A program made the translations under genes and the position numbers. Below the pieces are notes generated by a model. The model saw only the letters and a program-made list of their open reading frames with translations, searched no databases and was not told the origin of the DNA. From Octopus sinensis (taxonomy: Eukaryota), in the NCBI RefSeq assembly GCF_006345805.1, contig NC_042997.1, positions 25,606,001-25,670,000 of the forward strand: a DNA stretch of 64,000 nucleotides. The letters are read 5' to 3'. Of the stretch, positions 51,177 to 64,000 are shown piece after piece; position 1 is the stretch's first letter, and each line of letters starts with the position of its first letter.

Positions 51177-51245
51177 CATATCTGTCTGTCTTTCTGTCTG
51201 TCTGTATGTATGTCTGACGGTCTATCTGTCTGCGTGTCTGTCTAT
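50944..51245. repeat. (ATCT)n/(GTCT)n microsatellite
   Basis: Directly visible. Confidence 0.95.
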
Positions 51246-51415
51246 CTATTTATACCGATGTGATTACCAATATATATGTCAGTAAAACTTACTTTGTAAC
51301 CTTTGGTTTCAAATTCTCTTGTTTTCTACTGTACATCATTGCGTACATCAGTGTATATCAGATTTTCTATATATGTACATGACAGAACAAGCTCACAAAT
51401 ATGAATGCATAAATA

Positions 51416-51979
51416 TTGGCTTGTCCGGAAAGTTCGTGCCGATTTTTAAAGGAAAGCAAAAGGTCAATAAATACTTGCCATTAAATCTTTAATCAACCAA
51501 ATAAGAATCATTTTATTGCACAGTGCGTCTCCATCTTTCCTTTAACTAGAAAATACCCATCCCAGAATTAGGGTGGTTTCATGGCAAAGAATTCATCAAG
51601 GTATCTTTTTACATCATCCAAGAAATTCAATTTTTATCATTAAGACTATTCTGCAGAGATCTGAATAAGTGGAAATCCGAAGGAGCAATATTTGGTGAAT
51701 ATGAAAGGTGGGGTAATACATCCCAACCGAGCTGCAGCAATTTTTGTATGGTTCCCAAAGCATGAAGTGCCGAAAATGAACTTTCTTTATCTTCCATTTT
51801 AAATGGTTACATAATTAACACAGGTTATAGGAACATAAACCTTCTTCCACGAAAAGATAGCTTAAACCGTGCTCTAAATGGAGGTGTAGTCAAATCCTAT
51901 TTTATGGACTCAACCATGTTCTAAAACAAGTCGAAAGGTAAGCTACTATAAATCGGCACGAACTTTCCGGACAACCAAA
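51416..51979 (-). mobile_element. Internally deleted mariner (MITE-like derivative)
   Basis: TA-flanked TIRs ttggcttgtccggaaagttcgtgccgattt / aaatcggcacgaactttccggacaaccaaa. Minus-strand PHLSYSPNIAPSDFHLFRSLQNSL. Confidence 0.9.
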
Positions 51980-52419
51980 TAAAAACATGAACACATACGC
52001 ACAAAATACGTAAATGTGTATATGTGTGATTATAGCACAACGCACTTAGTACAACTAATTCTTAAATAGAGAGAACTCATTACAAGACAATTAAAAGGAA
52101 GGCATTTATTGTGGAATTAAATGATTGAATGGCCCACGGTAGCCAATACTTTCAGATGGTATGGTCGTGTTCGGATTGATAATCATTTCGGATACTTTTG
52201 CTATATCAAAATTATATTTATTGAAATTTATATGCTACTGTTATTTCAGTTTAGGCGTATGGATAATATGAAGTCAACTTATAATGGATTGCTTTCCAGC
52301 CAAAATCATTACCAGCACCTGCAGTTTTTAACATAGAGTCTCTGTTGTTAAGGATGTGGATATTAATGTGTGTGCGTGTGTGTGGAAAGAGAGAGATAGA
52401 GAGAAAGAGAAAGAGAGAG

Positions 52420-52443
52420 AGTGAGAGAGGGAAAGATTGATAG

Positions 52444-52477
<34 letters not shown>

Positions 52478-52670
52478 CATACATACATACATACATACAT
52501 ACATACATACATACATACATGGACTTGCAGGCAATCTGGCAGACAGACAGACAGATAAATAGATGAATAGATAGATTGATAGATAATGAGATAGATACAT
52601 ACATACATATATAGACTTAGAGGCAGACAGAGAGATAAATAGACAGAGAGACAGACAGATAGACAGACAA

Positions 52671-52702
<32 letters not shown>

Positions 52703-52706
52703 ATAT

Positions 52707-52781
<75 letters not shown>

Positions 52782-52785
52782 TATT
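52420..52785. repeat. (AGAT)n/(ACAT)n/(AGAC)n microsatellite
   Basis: Directly visible. Confidence 0.95.
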
Positions 52786-53026
52786 TAGTCAATGAGCCTA
52801 CAAATTTTATAACGTTTACTTACATAATTTTTTTCAATATATTCAACATATATGTATGAGAGGTGATTGAGTCAAGTGAGGTAAGATGTTTTAGCAAAGT
52901 GTTCTAAATAATGCAATGGCACGGATCGTTTTGGCACAGAAATAATACATGTAGAATATCTCTGCTTTTGCTAAGCAATAAACAATTTCTTTGTCGATGG
53001 CGTGTTGTCTACTGAAAAATATAAAT

Positions 53027-53442
53027 GTAGGAGTGGCTGTGTGGTAAGTAGCTTGTTTACCAACCACATGGTTCCGGGTTCAGACCCACTGCGTGGCATC
53101 TTGGGCAAGTGTCTTCTGGTATAGCCCCGGGCCGACCAATGCCTTGTGAGTGGATTTGATAGACGGAAACTGAAAGAAGCCTGTCGTATATATGTATATA
53201 TATATGTGTGTGTGTGTCTGTGTTTGTGTGTCTGTGTTTGTCCCCCTAGCATTGCTTGACAACCGATGGTGTTGTGTTTACGTCCCCGTAACCTAGCGGT
53301 TCGGCAAATGAGACCGATAGAATAAGTACTGGGCTTACAAAGAATAAGTCCTGGGGTCAAGTTGCTCGACTAAAGGTGGTGCTCCAGCATGGCCGCAGTC
53401 AAATGACTGAAACAAGTAAAAGAGTAAAAGAAAGTAAAGAGT
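53027..53442 (+). mobile_element. Family A SINE, full length
   Basis: Same architecture as other family A copies. Confidence 0.92.
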
Positions 53443-54071
53443 ATATATAATTGCTCGTTATGCGAATTGCCTGTTGCTATATATTTTTTGTTTGTATATA
53501 TATATTGCCTCTTATATATATTTTTTGTTTGTATATATATATATACTTCTTGTGAGTACGCGTGTGCATGTGCAGTTTTATGCGTGTGTGTGCGTGTATT
53601 TGTGTTTCACCTTTGTATGCGTCGCGCTTAGATATTTTCAAACGGCGTTTTTTAGTATAATGTATGATATACGTTGACCATTGAAATGAAATTGCATGTG
53701 TATATTCATGTATACATCTATATAAAAATGCTTTTGTGTGTGCTGATATTAGTATCGCTGGCAATGCTTCTCAGATAAATATTTCACATCACTCGTCTAA
53801 CGATTACGCACTCACAAACACACCACAGTGCTACGAACTAAATCCAATAAGCATTAACACTTACATATTCCTATCCAGCTTCGTCGTCCACCAAGACATA
53901 TGTTTCCAGCTCTTCTATACCACCCTTGGCCTGACCGTCTGACCAGCTCCCTCACGCACAGACACTCTTCGCACCCATGAAGATGAAAAGGCTCAATGAC
54001 TGGCTAATGATCTACTACACGGATAGGAGTTAATACCCACTGTACGACATACAACACATTACTGTGATATA

Positions 54072-54486
54072 GGCGCAAGAGTAGCTGTGTGGTAAGTAGC
54101 TTGCTTACCAACTAAATGGTTCCAGGTTCAGTCCCACTGCATGGCACCTTGGGCAAGTGTCTTGTACTATAGCCTCGGGCCGACTAAAGCTTTGTGAGTG
54201 GATTTGGTAGACGGAAACTGAAAGAAGCCCGTCATATATATGTATATACATATATATATATATATGTGCGTGTATATATTTGTGTGTCTGTGTTTGTCCC
54301 CCTAACATCGCTTGACAACCGATGCTGGTGTGTTTACGTCCCCGTAACTTAGCGCTTCGGCAAAAGAAACCGATAGAGTAAGTACTAGGCTTCCAAAGTA
54401 TGAGTCCTGGCGTCGATTTGCTCGACAAAAGGCGGTGCTCCAGCATGGCCGCAGTCATATGACTGAAACAAGTAAAAGAGTAAGAG
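54072..54486 (+). mobile_element. Family A SINE, full length
   Basis: Same architecture as other family A copies. Confidence 0.92.
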
Positions 54487-54518
54487 AGAAAAATAGTATT
54501 AATATTTACACACGATTA

Positions 54519-54740
54519 AGACGGTGAGGTGGTAGAATCATTAAGCACGCTGAGCAAAATGCTTAGCGGCATTTCGTCTGTCTGCACTTTCTGAGTTCAA
54601 ATTCTACCGAGGTTGACTTTGCCTTTCATCCCTTCGAGGGGGCGATAAATTAAGTACCATTTGAACACTGGGGTCGATGTAAGCGATAAGCACTGTCCCC
54701 CTAAAATCTTGGCCTCGTGCCAAAATTGAAACCAATATTT
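54519..54740 (+). mobile_element. Family B SINE immediately downstream of a family A copy
   Basis: ggtagaatcattaagcacgc..gagttcaaattctaccgaggttgactttgcctttcatcc. Confidence 0.85.
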
Positions 54741-55194
54741 AGACACGACTTCTCTCTAATGCTAGTTTCCGAACACAGAGACACCCTTATACATACATCA
54801 GCACAGCAGCTTAAGCCCCATTGTTTATATCCCGTTTTAAAACAATATTCTCATCAGGCAATTGGATTCTGATTCGTCGAAAGTTTTTCACTGCCTATTT
54901 TTTCTGTCTTACAAATTCCTTGTTTCCTGCTTATGAAAACCTAAGGTCCAAAATATTGAAAGTCACTTTTTCCATCACATTCCATTACATATAATAACTT
55001 ATATGTCAAGCATTGTTTTCCGGTCTTGTTATTTTAAAGAGTTCAGAAACTTCAAGTCAGCTAAATTAGTACCACGCACGAAAGTATTAGCTCTTGCGTC
55101 ACACTTTTGATAACATACAAATTAAATTTCTATATGGATGCATGTGTCCGCGCACCTAGCATCGTGTATATGTATATATATATACATATTTTTT

Positions 55195-55594
55195 TCTCTT
55201 TTACTTGTTTCAGTCATTTGACTGCGGTGATGTTGGAGCACCGCCTTTAGTCGAGCAAATCGACCGCAGGAATTATTCTTGGGAAGCTTAGTACTTATTC
55301 CATCGGTTTCTTTGCCGAACTGCTAAGTTACAGAGACGTAAACACACCAGCATCGGTTGTCAAGCGATGTTGAGGGGACAAATACAGACACAAACATATG
55401 CACACATACATATACATATATATACATATATACGACGGGTTTCTTTCAGTTTCCGTCAATCAAATCCACTCACAAGGCTTGGTCGTCCCGAGGCTATAGT
55501 AGAAGACACTTGCCCAAGGTGCCACGCAATGGGAATGAACCCAGAACCATGTGGTTGGTAAGCAAGCTACATACCCCACAGCCACTCCTGCGCC
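55195..55594 (-). mobile_element. Family A SINE, full length
   Basis: Same architecture as other family A copies. Confidence 0.9.
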
Positions 55595-56102
55595 TATGTA
55601 CATAAGTACATGTACATGTATATATTTACATATACACAGAAACACACATACATATATATGCTCGTGTATATATATATATATATATACAAATGTGTTAACG
55701 GGTGAAAAGCCATGTATATCTTTCTCAGTGCAAAAATTTATTTATATAGTGTCTTGTTAGATCCGCTTCTATGTGGTATTTTATATATAATTATTATCTG
55801 TTACTATTTCACATGTATTGCATTTATTCTATGTAAACTCCCATGTACATTGGATAAGTTAATCCACTTACGATTAAAAATCATCCCACTCTCCCCTAAT
55901 TAAGTAAACCAATGCATTTCATGAAATTAATCAATTACATCCGCCAAGTCATTGGAATAAAGCAACGCAGTAACCCATATACGAACACACGCAAACACGC
56001 ATGTACTCACACATATGCGTAAATATATCTGTGCATATATGTTTAAACATATATGCATATGTAGCAGTATATATCTATATATGTATATGTGTATATATAT
56101 AT

Positions 56103-56155
<53 letters not shown>

Positions 56156-56928
56156 CATACATATCTAAATATCTTCGTGTGAATAGGTATTAAATATATA
56201 CTTCCATAAATGTTTGTGTTTGTATGCATAAATGTGTATGTATGTATACATACGCACACACACATACACACACTCATATATATATATATATATACATACA
56301 TACATACATATATATATATATATAATATATATATACATATATATATAATGAAATTAAACAAGCAAAATTTATATATGTATATATATATATACATATATAT
56401 GATTATATATATGTGTACGTATATATATACATATATATATTTATATTTATATGTATGTATATATATGTATACGTGTGTATGTATACGTGTGTGTATGTGT
56501 GTAAGTGTGTGTCTATCTGCCTGTGTATAAACTTTGGACCTTCTCTCTCTGTCTATATGTATATATATATTGGTGATAATAAAATTCGAAGAACTGTTAT
56601 AATAATGCATAAAATATATAAAGCAGTAATAGAATTTGACAACGCGAACCTGGATAACATTATTAATGAATTTCAAATCTCAAATGACGTGACTGATGAT
56701 TTGATATATTCGGTTTACTATTTAATATGATTAGTTGTGTGGACAGAATCCGAAATCTTTATATATATGAGCGAGGTATATATCTAAAGATAGAGGAGAA
56801 GTGTTCTTGATAAATATTCTTAGATAATTGTAAATTTCAAATCTTCTTAATCTTCATGCATTTAAAATGACACACCTGTTAACCTCACTTAGGTCACTGT
56901 CCAAAATGATGATTCCCCCGACCTAATA

Positions 56929-56964
<36 letters not shown>

Positions 56965-57107
56965 TGTATGTATGTATGTATGTATGTATGTATGTATATA
57001 CATGTATGTCTGTGTATATATATATATGTTGCGTGTGTGTGTGCGTTCGTCAGTGTGTGTGTATATATATATATATATATGAGAGCACTTTCTAAACACA
57101 CACAGAT

Positions 57108-57143
<36 letters not shown>

Positions 57144-57256
57144 GCACACATATATATATGAATACACATACGCCACCGTATGTATACTCATTTGTATATA
57201 TACTATTGGTATTGGGATTTTCAGTTGTTGCTGACAATTGTATGATTATGCTTTTA

Positions 57257-57277
57257 ATAATAATAATAATAATAATA

Positions 57278-57322
<45 letters not shown>

Positions 57323-57385
57323 TGATGATGATGATGATGATGATAATTATAATGATAATAATAATAATAATGATAATAATAAAGA

Positions 57386-57416
<31 letters not shown>

Positions 57417-57476
57417 AAGAAGAAGAAGAAGAAAAAGAAGAAGAAGAAGAAGAAGAAGAAGAAGAAGAAGAAGAAT
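57257..57476. repeat. Compound (AAT)n-(GAT)n-(AAT)n-(AGA)n microsatellite
   Basis: Directly visible. Confidence 0.95.
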
Positions 57477-57779
57477 GTAAAAATGGCTATTGATATTGAT
57501 GATGCTTTCTATATTTGCTAAAATGATTTTAATATTTAAAGTAAACCATGTCATGAGCTAACGCCTCAAAATGTGTTTGCTCATATTTAAAAATATGTGT
57601 ATAAATGTTGTATGTATGTATATATAAATGCATGATTGCATGTACATATGCATTTCTTATTTTAATATATACAGAAAAATACATGCATGTTCATAGTTTT
57701 AGACACATGCGCTTACATACACACACAAATATAATCAAACAAACGGGTTTCAATTCTGTATACAAGTGAAATAATGCCT

Positions 57780-57960
57780 GCACACAAACAAAGATATTGG
57801 AATATCCAACCCTCACGTAAAATTAAGCCACTCCATAGTGCCATTCGCCTTCCTCATCCTGTAATTTCCAATAGTAGATATGAGCATCTCCTGTTTCATC
57901 CCAGCCGGGCGAATTGCTCTAGTCAACAGTGCTATTTAGTCTCTTGTTATACTTCTCAGC
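57780..57960 (-). mobile_element. Possible LINE (RTE/L2) AP-endonuclease remnant
   Basis: ETGDAHIYYW..QDEEGEWHYGVA resembles the APE motif ET..G...IYWSG....HGVA. Confidence 0.4.
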
Positions 57961-58027
57961 AGTAGTTTAATATTTTGAGCGTCGTTGCATTTTATTTTTG
58001 AGGGGCAAATATATTTTGATATATTAA

Positions 58028-58441
58028 GCAGGAGTGGCTGTGTGGTAAGTAGCTTGTTTACCAACCACATGGTTCCGGGTTCAGTCCCACTGCGTGGCAC
58101 CTTGGACAAGTGTCTTCTACTATAGCCTCGGGCCGACCAAAGCCTTGTGAGTGGATTTGGTAGACGGAAACTGAAAGAAGCCCGTCCTATATATGTATAT
58201 ATATATATATGTGCGTGTGTGTGCTCGTATGTCTGTATTTGTCCCCCTAGCATTGCTTGACAACCGATGCTGGTGTGCTTATGTCCCCGTTACTTAGCGG
58301 TTCGGCAAAAGAGACCGATAGAATACGTACCGTGCTTACAAAAGAATAAGTCCCGGGGTCGAGTTGCTCGATTAAAGGCGGTGCTCCAGCATGGCCGCAG
58401 TCAAATGACTGAAACAAGTAAAAGAGTAAAAGAGTAAAGAG
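58028..58441 (+). mobile_element. Family A SINE, full length
   Basis: Same architecture as other family A copies. Confidence 0.92.
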
Positions 58442-58628
58442 CATACTTCACACAGTAGATGTGGACGTAGAATGTGACACTCGTTAAGCAAATGTCAGCC
58501 ATGAGAAGAAAGTAATCAACGTGTGGAGCGGAGTGGCATGATTCAGTATATGTGGAGTAATACAATGTGAATCAATATAAGTGTATATTTTGTTGAGAGC
58601 AGACAACAGCAAATACTGTCTATCTATC

Positions 58629-58680
<52 letters not shown>

Positions 58681-58935
58681 TATATAGGTGTGGTGTGTGT
58701 ATGTGTGTGTATATGTGTGTGGTGTGCGTGTGCGTGTGAGTATGTGTGGGTGTTTGGTAGAGTGATACATAGGCAGATAAGTATAAACATATATTTGTAT
58801 ACCATATGTATGTGTGTATGTATGAATGTATGTATACATGTATATATAGATATACAAACACATATACACTCTCATTGAGAATTAGATACGTATTCAGCAT
58901 TGTAGCCGTCACAATTTTTATCAGTATTTCTACAG

Positions 58936-59045
58936 GATTGACATTCCATGTTGAATCCTCATTCAAGTTCTCGTATCAGCGTGATCGATTACTGACTTTC
59001 GCAACATTTGGAACTTTGTGTGTCAATTTGAATGGATAATCATCG
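58936..59045 (+). other. Candidate exon without a full open frame
   Basis: cagtatttctacag|GATTG...CATCG|gtaagt; stops in all three frames. Confidence 0.2.
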
Positions 59046-59278
59046 GTAAGTGCATTTTCTCATATGGAAATGTGTGACAGTAAGTTCGAAGTTTCGGTTT
59101 AGTTGTCTTCTTAAGACAATAAACCAGAATTTCGCAGTAACTCTTAACGTTTTCCTCTTGTAAGAAAACGTATTGTTTCGCCTTCAATGAATATTTGATT
59201 GCTATATGTATATATTTAATGGTACATTTAAACAAGCATTTACACGCATACACACACATGAACGCAGACATATATATA

Positions 59279-60580
59279 TTAGGTTGTCAAGAAAGTTTGG
59301 CGGAATTTTAAATTTTGGTTTTAAATTATGTATTTTCAAAATAATTGTCGTTAACTTACTTTGACTCTATATGCCATTTTAAAGTTCGTTATTCGCCTCA
59401 TCTAATCGTGTTACTCTTTTTCTTTTTGAATAATTAGGCCATTTTTTCCAGATGGTTGTATACAACATGCACAAAAAGCAAATTTGCACAATTTTCTTAT
59501 TCCAGTTCAAGCTAGGCCGAAAAGCTGCTGAAACAGCTCGCGATATCAACGATGTTTGGCACAGGAACCACTAATGAACGTATAGCACTATTTCCACTAA
59601 TAAAAACAACAAAAAGACCAGATTTAGTCCTATGGAACAGAGACTGAAGAATAGGAATTTTACTAGAACCGACTGTACCTTGGGAAGAGAACATCGGCAA
59701 TGCAGAGGAACGAAAGAAGTGGTACGGAAAGCTAATCGAAGAATGCAGGGAACAGGGATGGAATGTCGAATATTATCACCTGGCAGTGGGGGCTAGAGGC
59801 TTCATTGAAAGGAAAATGACCACGCTTTTCAAAAGAAGATTTGTTTTTTCTAGCTCCGAGCTGCGAAAACTAATAAGGAGAGTACAGGAGGCAGTAGAAA
59901 AAGCCAGCTTCTATATATGGCTGAAGCGGGACGACCGAAAGTGGCTTGAAAGTCATAACATGCCGGCGGGAAATAACATCACTAGGTGAGACAAGCTGAC
60001 ACTGAATCAGCTTCGCTGACTGACAAAAGTTTCACCAAAACAATGTCTGTTTTGCTGGTCTGCCACCGATCTCATCTGTCACAGCTTTTTGGATCCAGGC
60101 GAAACCATTACGGCGGAGAAGTACTGTCAGCAAATGGACGAAATGCATAAGAAACTCCGACAACAACAGCCAGAATTGGTCAATGGAAAAAAGACCAATT
60201 CTTCTCCATGACAACGCTCGGCCGTACCTTGCACAACTGACCCTGCAGAAGTTGAGCGAATTGGGCTACGAAACTCTGCCTCATCCGCCATACTCACCAG
60301 ACCTCTCGCCTACCGACTACCACTTTTTCTAGCATCTCGAAAACTTCCTCCGTGAGAATTACTTCAAAAACCAAAACGATGCTAAACACGCCTTCAACGA
60401 CTTCATCGCCACCAGGACGCAGGATTTTTATGCTACTGGCCTAAATAAAATTGTTTCGCATTGGCAAAAGTGTGTTGATTCTGATGGTGTTTATTTCGAT
60501 TAATGAAGGTTTGTTTGAGCCGAGTTATGTGCATCACAATTAAAAGGTTAAAAACCGCAAGAACTTTCTTGACAACCTAA
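59279..60580 (+). mobile_element. Cecropia-subfamily (Hsmar1-like) mariner with central part replaced by a retroelement fragment
   Basis: TA-flanked TIRs ttaggttgtcaagaaagtt / aactttcttgacaacctaa. Peptides HKKQICTIFLFQFKLGRKAAETARDIN and PILLHDNARP..PHPPYSPDLSPTDYHFF..WQKCVDSDGVYFD. Confidence 0.93.
59590..59990 (+). mobile_element. HERO-clade (R2 superfamily) RLE 3' fragment
   Basis: KRPDLVLW..LLEPTVPWEENI.NAEERKK.Y..L.EEC..QGW....AVGARGF...EKASFYIWLKR is the characteristic HERO RLE motif order. Confidence 0.85.
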
Positions 60581-61204
60581 TATAAATGTATTGTGTTGAC
60601 ATCGTTAGAACTTTGAACAGTCACCTGGGAAACCCCTAAATTCATCAGTAATAACGTACAATTATTCAGTTAAAAACCTCCGAATGCTACCCGTGGAACT
60701 TGAAACTACATTTTCTTGAATATGACAGGCGTTTTATCATTAGACAAAAGCAAACCTTTCAATTTCTCTATACAACGAGAGCTGTATGCTGTTGTGGTCA
60801 TAAAAAGTTACAAACTTTGCAGAGATATACAATATATCAATAATATATATCTCAACTATTTCAGTCATTATTTGATATCGAACTCATTACACCGTTTATC
60901 AAAAATTTACTCAGTTTTGCTCGATACAATGCCTACATATTATGTGGTGTTAATTCACATGTTTCTTCTCAGAATTCTACATGAGGACGATGCAAGGGAG
61001 AACATTTGATCGGTATAATTATTGTTTACGAGGCGTATATATATACGATTTATTAAAAACTGATTCAACTTAGTAATCTTCCCTAGACCAAAACATAAAG
61101 TAAAATATGAGTACTAGCCACAAACCTATTGCAAAACAAATGATTTTTCTATCGAAATGTCAATGCATAAAATTATGTCTAAGACTGTTATTCAACTAGA
61201 TTAA

Positions 61205-61249
61205 GATACACACATACATACATACATATTACATACATATATACATAAT

Positions 61250-61283
<34 letters not shown>

Positions 61284-61700
61284 ATATATATATATATAAA
61301 GAGAGGAGAGAGAGAGAGAGAGATACATAAACAGATAGATAGATATTGATATATATATTTACATATACAAATACATATATATATATGCATATATCTACAC
61401 ATATATGCATATATATACATATATATATATATGCATATATATACATATATATATGCATATATATACATATATATACATATATATATATATATCCATATAT
61501 ATACATATATGTATACATACGTAGAGATATACATACGCTTATATATACATACATATATATCTACAAATATATATATAGACATATCTACATATATACATAC
61601 ATATATATACGTCTATATGTATATGTGTGTATGTATGTATATGTATACATGTATGTTTATGCATATATATGTTTGTAAGTACGTATGTCTATAGGCATAT
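61205..61700. repeat. TA/CATA low-complexity block
   Basis: Directly visible. Confidence 0.95.
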
Positions 61701-64000
61701 ATGTGTGTATGTACCTCATTTATTTATTATATTTATTATACATGTATACAACAACCACGAGGCACACAGGTGATACATTTTTGAATAAAACATATAACAC
61801 CGATGTAGTTTACCTTTTCTATTTCGAATTGTGTTAGAAATCATTATACACTTTAATATTTTATCTGTATAATTTTTGCCTTATAGATCTTCAAGAAGAA
61901 AACGTATTACCTAAAGTCTATTACTTTTAGTGTTATAAAAATATATATATAAGCCTAGCAAAATAAAATACCAGGAGGCATTTATAAATATTATTATCAT
62001 ATAAATAACAAAACAAAGCTATGATATTCTATAATATTTCACAAACACACACACATATACTTATATATATATGACAGACCATTTGATTATTGTATGGATA
62101 TCATAGTAAGTTATCATATGGCAATTTTGCAGATGTTAATATCAGTACTATGTGTGCATGAATACAGTAATTCCTTTTTGTAAATAGAAAACTGAGAAGA
62201 TATATCAAGAAAATATCATACCGGACGTCTTTGCTATTCGGTGTATTAACTTAATAAATGTACTTCAGAAAAATCGCTTTTGTTATTTACGAGGAAATTA
62301 AACGCGAAATATCAATGTCAAAGGAATTATTAACAGCCATAACTATAACTGCATGAACACCATTTGCAACAACCACAATAATCAGAATAATAATGGTAAT
62401 TACTATTATTAATAGCAGTCTGTTTGATAGTGTTGCCATTAGAATGTTGCCAAGGTGATTGAAATCAGTGGATGCTCTCACGAAGGTGACTAAAATTAAA
62501 CAAACCAGAAAAAGAAAGGGCTTCAAAAAATAAAAACATTAAGTTGAACAATACCAATGTTAAGAAGAATCTCCAAAATGGGACTTTCCTATATACCTCG
62601 GTTTATCCAAACAACCCAAACACACCGTCTCCAGCTTACTGTTGCATAGTTGTTATGGAGCCATTTTGCAATCCCGACAATATCGAATTCGCCATTCTCG
62701 CTAAAGTTTGCCCGAGGAAATCTCCCCCTCTTTTTAACTACAGCTTCTTCCTCATGGAGCACTCGACAGAGATGATGTGAGCTTAGCCAGAAAGGAAAAC
62801 ATTTGTCTTCAAAGTTTTTATTCACGTTTAGCAACATCTATGCTATGTCCCTCTGCTGAGGTAAACTGCCCTCTCTTGAAAGCTGATTTTGCCTAACTTT
62901 GACAGTAGCTGATCTATGTACAACAACATGTCAGTATTGCACAGAAAAAGCTCAACGATTATGCATCAAAGATTTTCGAAAACAGTTGAAAAAGTTTTGA
63001 ATGTAAGATAGCTTCTGGACATTGCCCATAATTAGTCTATATATTGAAAAAAGAGATTGATTTTTATATCTTGTCTTCTTTATAATAACAATGGCGCTGC
63101 TGGGATCATTCTATTTGACGCTAAAAATTAATATCGCCGGCAAAAGAATAGGGAAAAGTACCTCATCAATTTCTGCAAATTATTTAAAGCTTTATAGTAA
63201 AGTAAGAATCGACTGGATTATATGGTGCAAACTGTAACACAATTATTAGTGACAATGGATTGACTTTGCAGTCGAGAAATATGGTACACAGGATCGGAAT
63301 GTGAATAAATCAAAGGAAAAGCTGGAGAGTGGTAACATCGACCCTTAAGATGGTATAAGGAAAAGTGATAGAATTAAAAGTAAAGAGCTGATGGAATTCT
63401 TCTTTACACTCGAAAATGAATGCAGGAAATATATATGCAGTGACATTAAAAATAGCGTCATTTACAAAGATATGCAACAAGAATTCTTGAGGTAGAAACA
63501 AAAAAGAATTAGGGATATCAACAATATGATGAAGAAGCTTCCCACAGTATACTGAAGCATGAATCCATACCACAAGGATGTAGACAGCTTTTTTGCCGAA
63601 AAGAACAGGACGAGGGCATTAAAAGGAGGATTAGAGAAATATGCGTAGGGTTCTATGAAGTTCTTACTAATATAGGAAAGTTCTTACTATGAAGTTCTTA
63701 CTAATATACGAAAAGGGCCAAGTTGACTTTGGCAGGATTTGGTATCAAAAGGCAATGTGCCGGAGAAAATTTATCCAATGTTCTCAATACAACAAGAGGC
63801 AGTGTCACTTTTATTCTCTGAAAAATATCTGTTAACAACATTGAAATGACAACGAGCGAAATCGAAAATAAATAAAGAATATATTGAGATGTTGTACATT
63901 AGCTATTTAGTGTATTTGTATTACTTATACGGTCATAAAAATAATATATTGCACATTTACGCACACTAATAGTCAATTAGCCACGACATTTAAACGGCGA

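Noticed and set aside
55927-56676. Longest ORF (249 aa)
   Set aside because: TA/CA microsatellite read-through with no complex coding content.
57238-57554. Poly-N/I/M/R and poly-L/I ORFs
   Set aside because: Compound trinucleotide microsatellite.
63310-63573. Minus-strand 87-aa ORF as a receptor/ion-channel fragment
   Set aside because: Hydrophobic, but shows no Cys-loop, GPCR or channel motif and no supporting splice sites.

Overview
AT-rich eukaryotic genomic DNA dominated by microsatellites and transposon relics. The SINE families, the TA/TG/TAGA/AAT microsatellite load and the TE mix strongly resemble octopus (cephalopod) intronic or intergenic DNA; this is an inference from pattern recognition, not a database result. 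No intact gene, rRNA, bona fide tRNA gene or CRISPR array is evident, and nearly all listed ORFs are microsatellite read-throughs or TE fragments. Recognisable elements include three tRNA-derived SINE families (about 30 copies or fragments), four mariner relics, Helitron-type elements (one with STPR-like 23-aa repeats), and non-LTR fragments of R4/Dong, HERO, CRE, RTE, CR1/L2 and Penelope type. Candidate spliced exons exist on both strands (best: + strand 11147-11210 joined to 20118-20367). The most unusual signals are a perfect 76-bp-arm palindrome (8749-8911), three hammerhead-ribozyme-like motifs, a LINE/SINE shared 3' stem-loop tail, a TAA-repeat landing pad with stacked elements, and a triplicated GC-hairpin unit just upstream of a first-exon-like site. 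I cannot demonstrate a new biological system here; these are leads to test.
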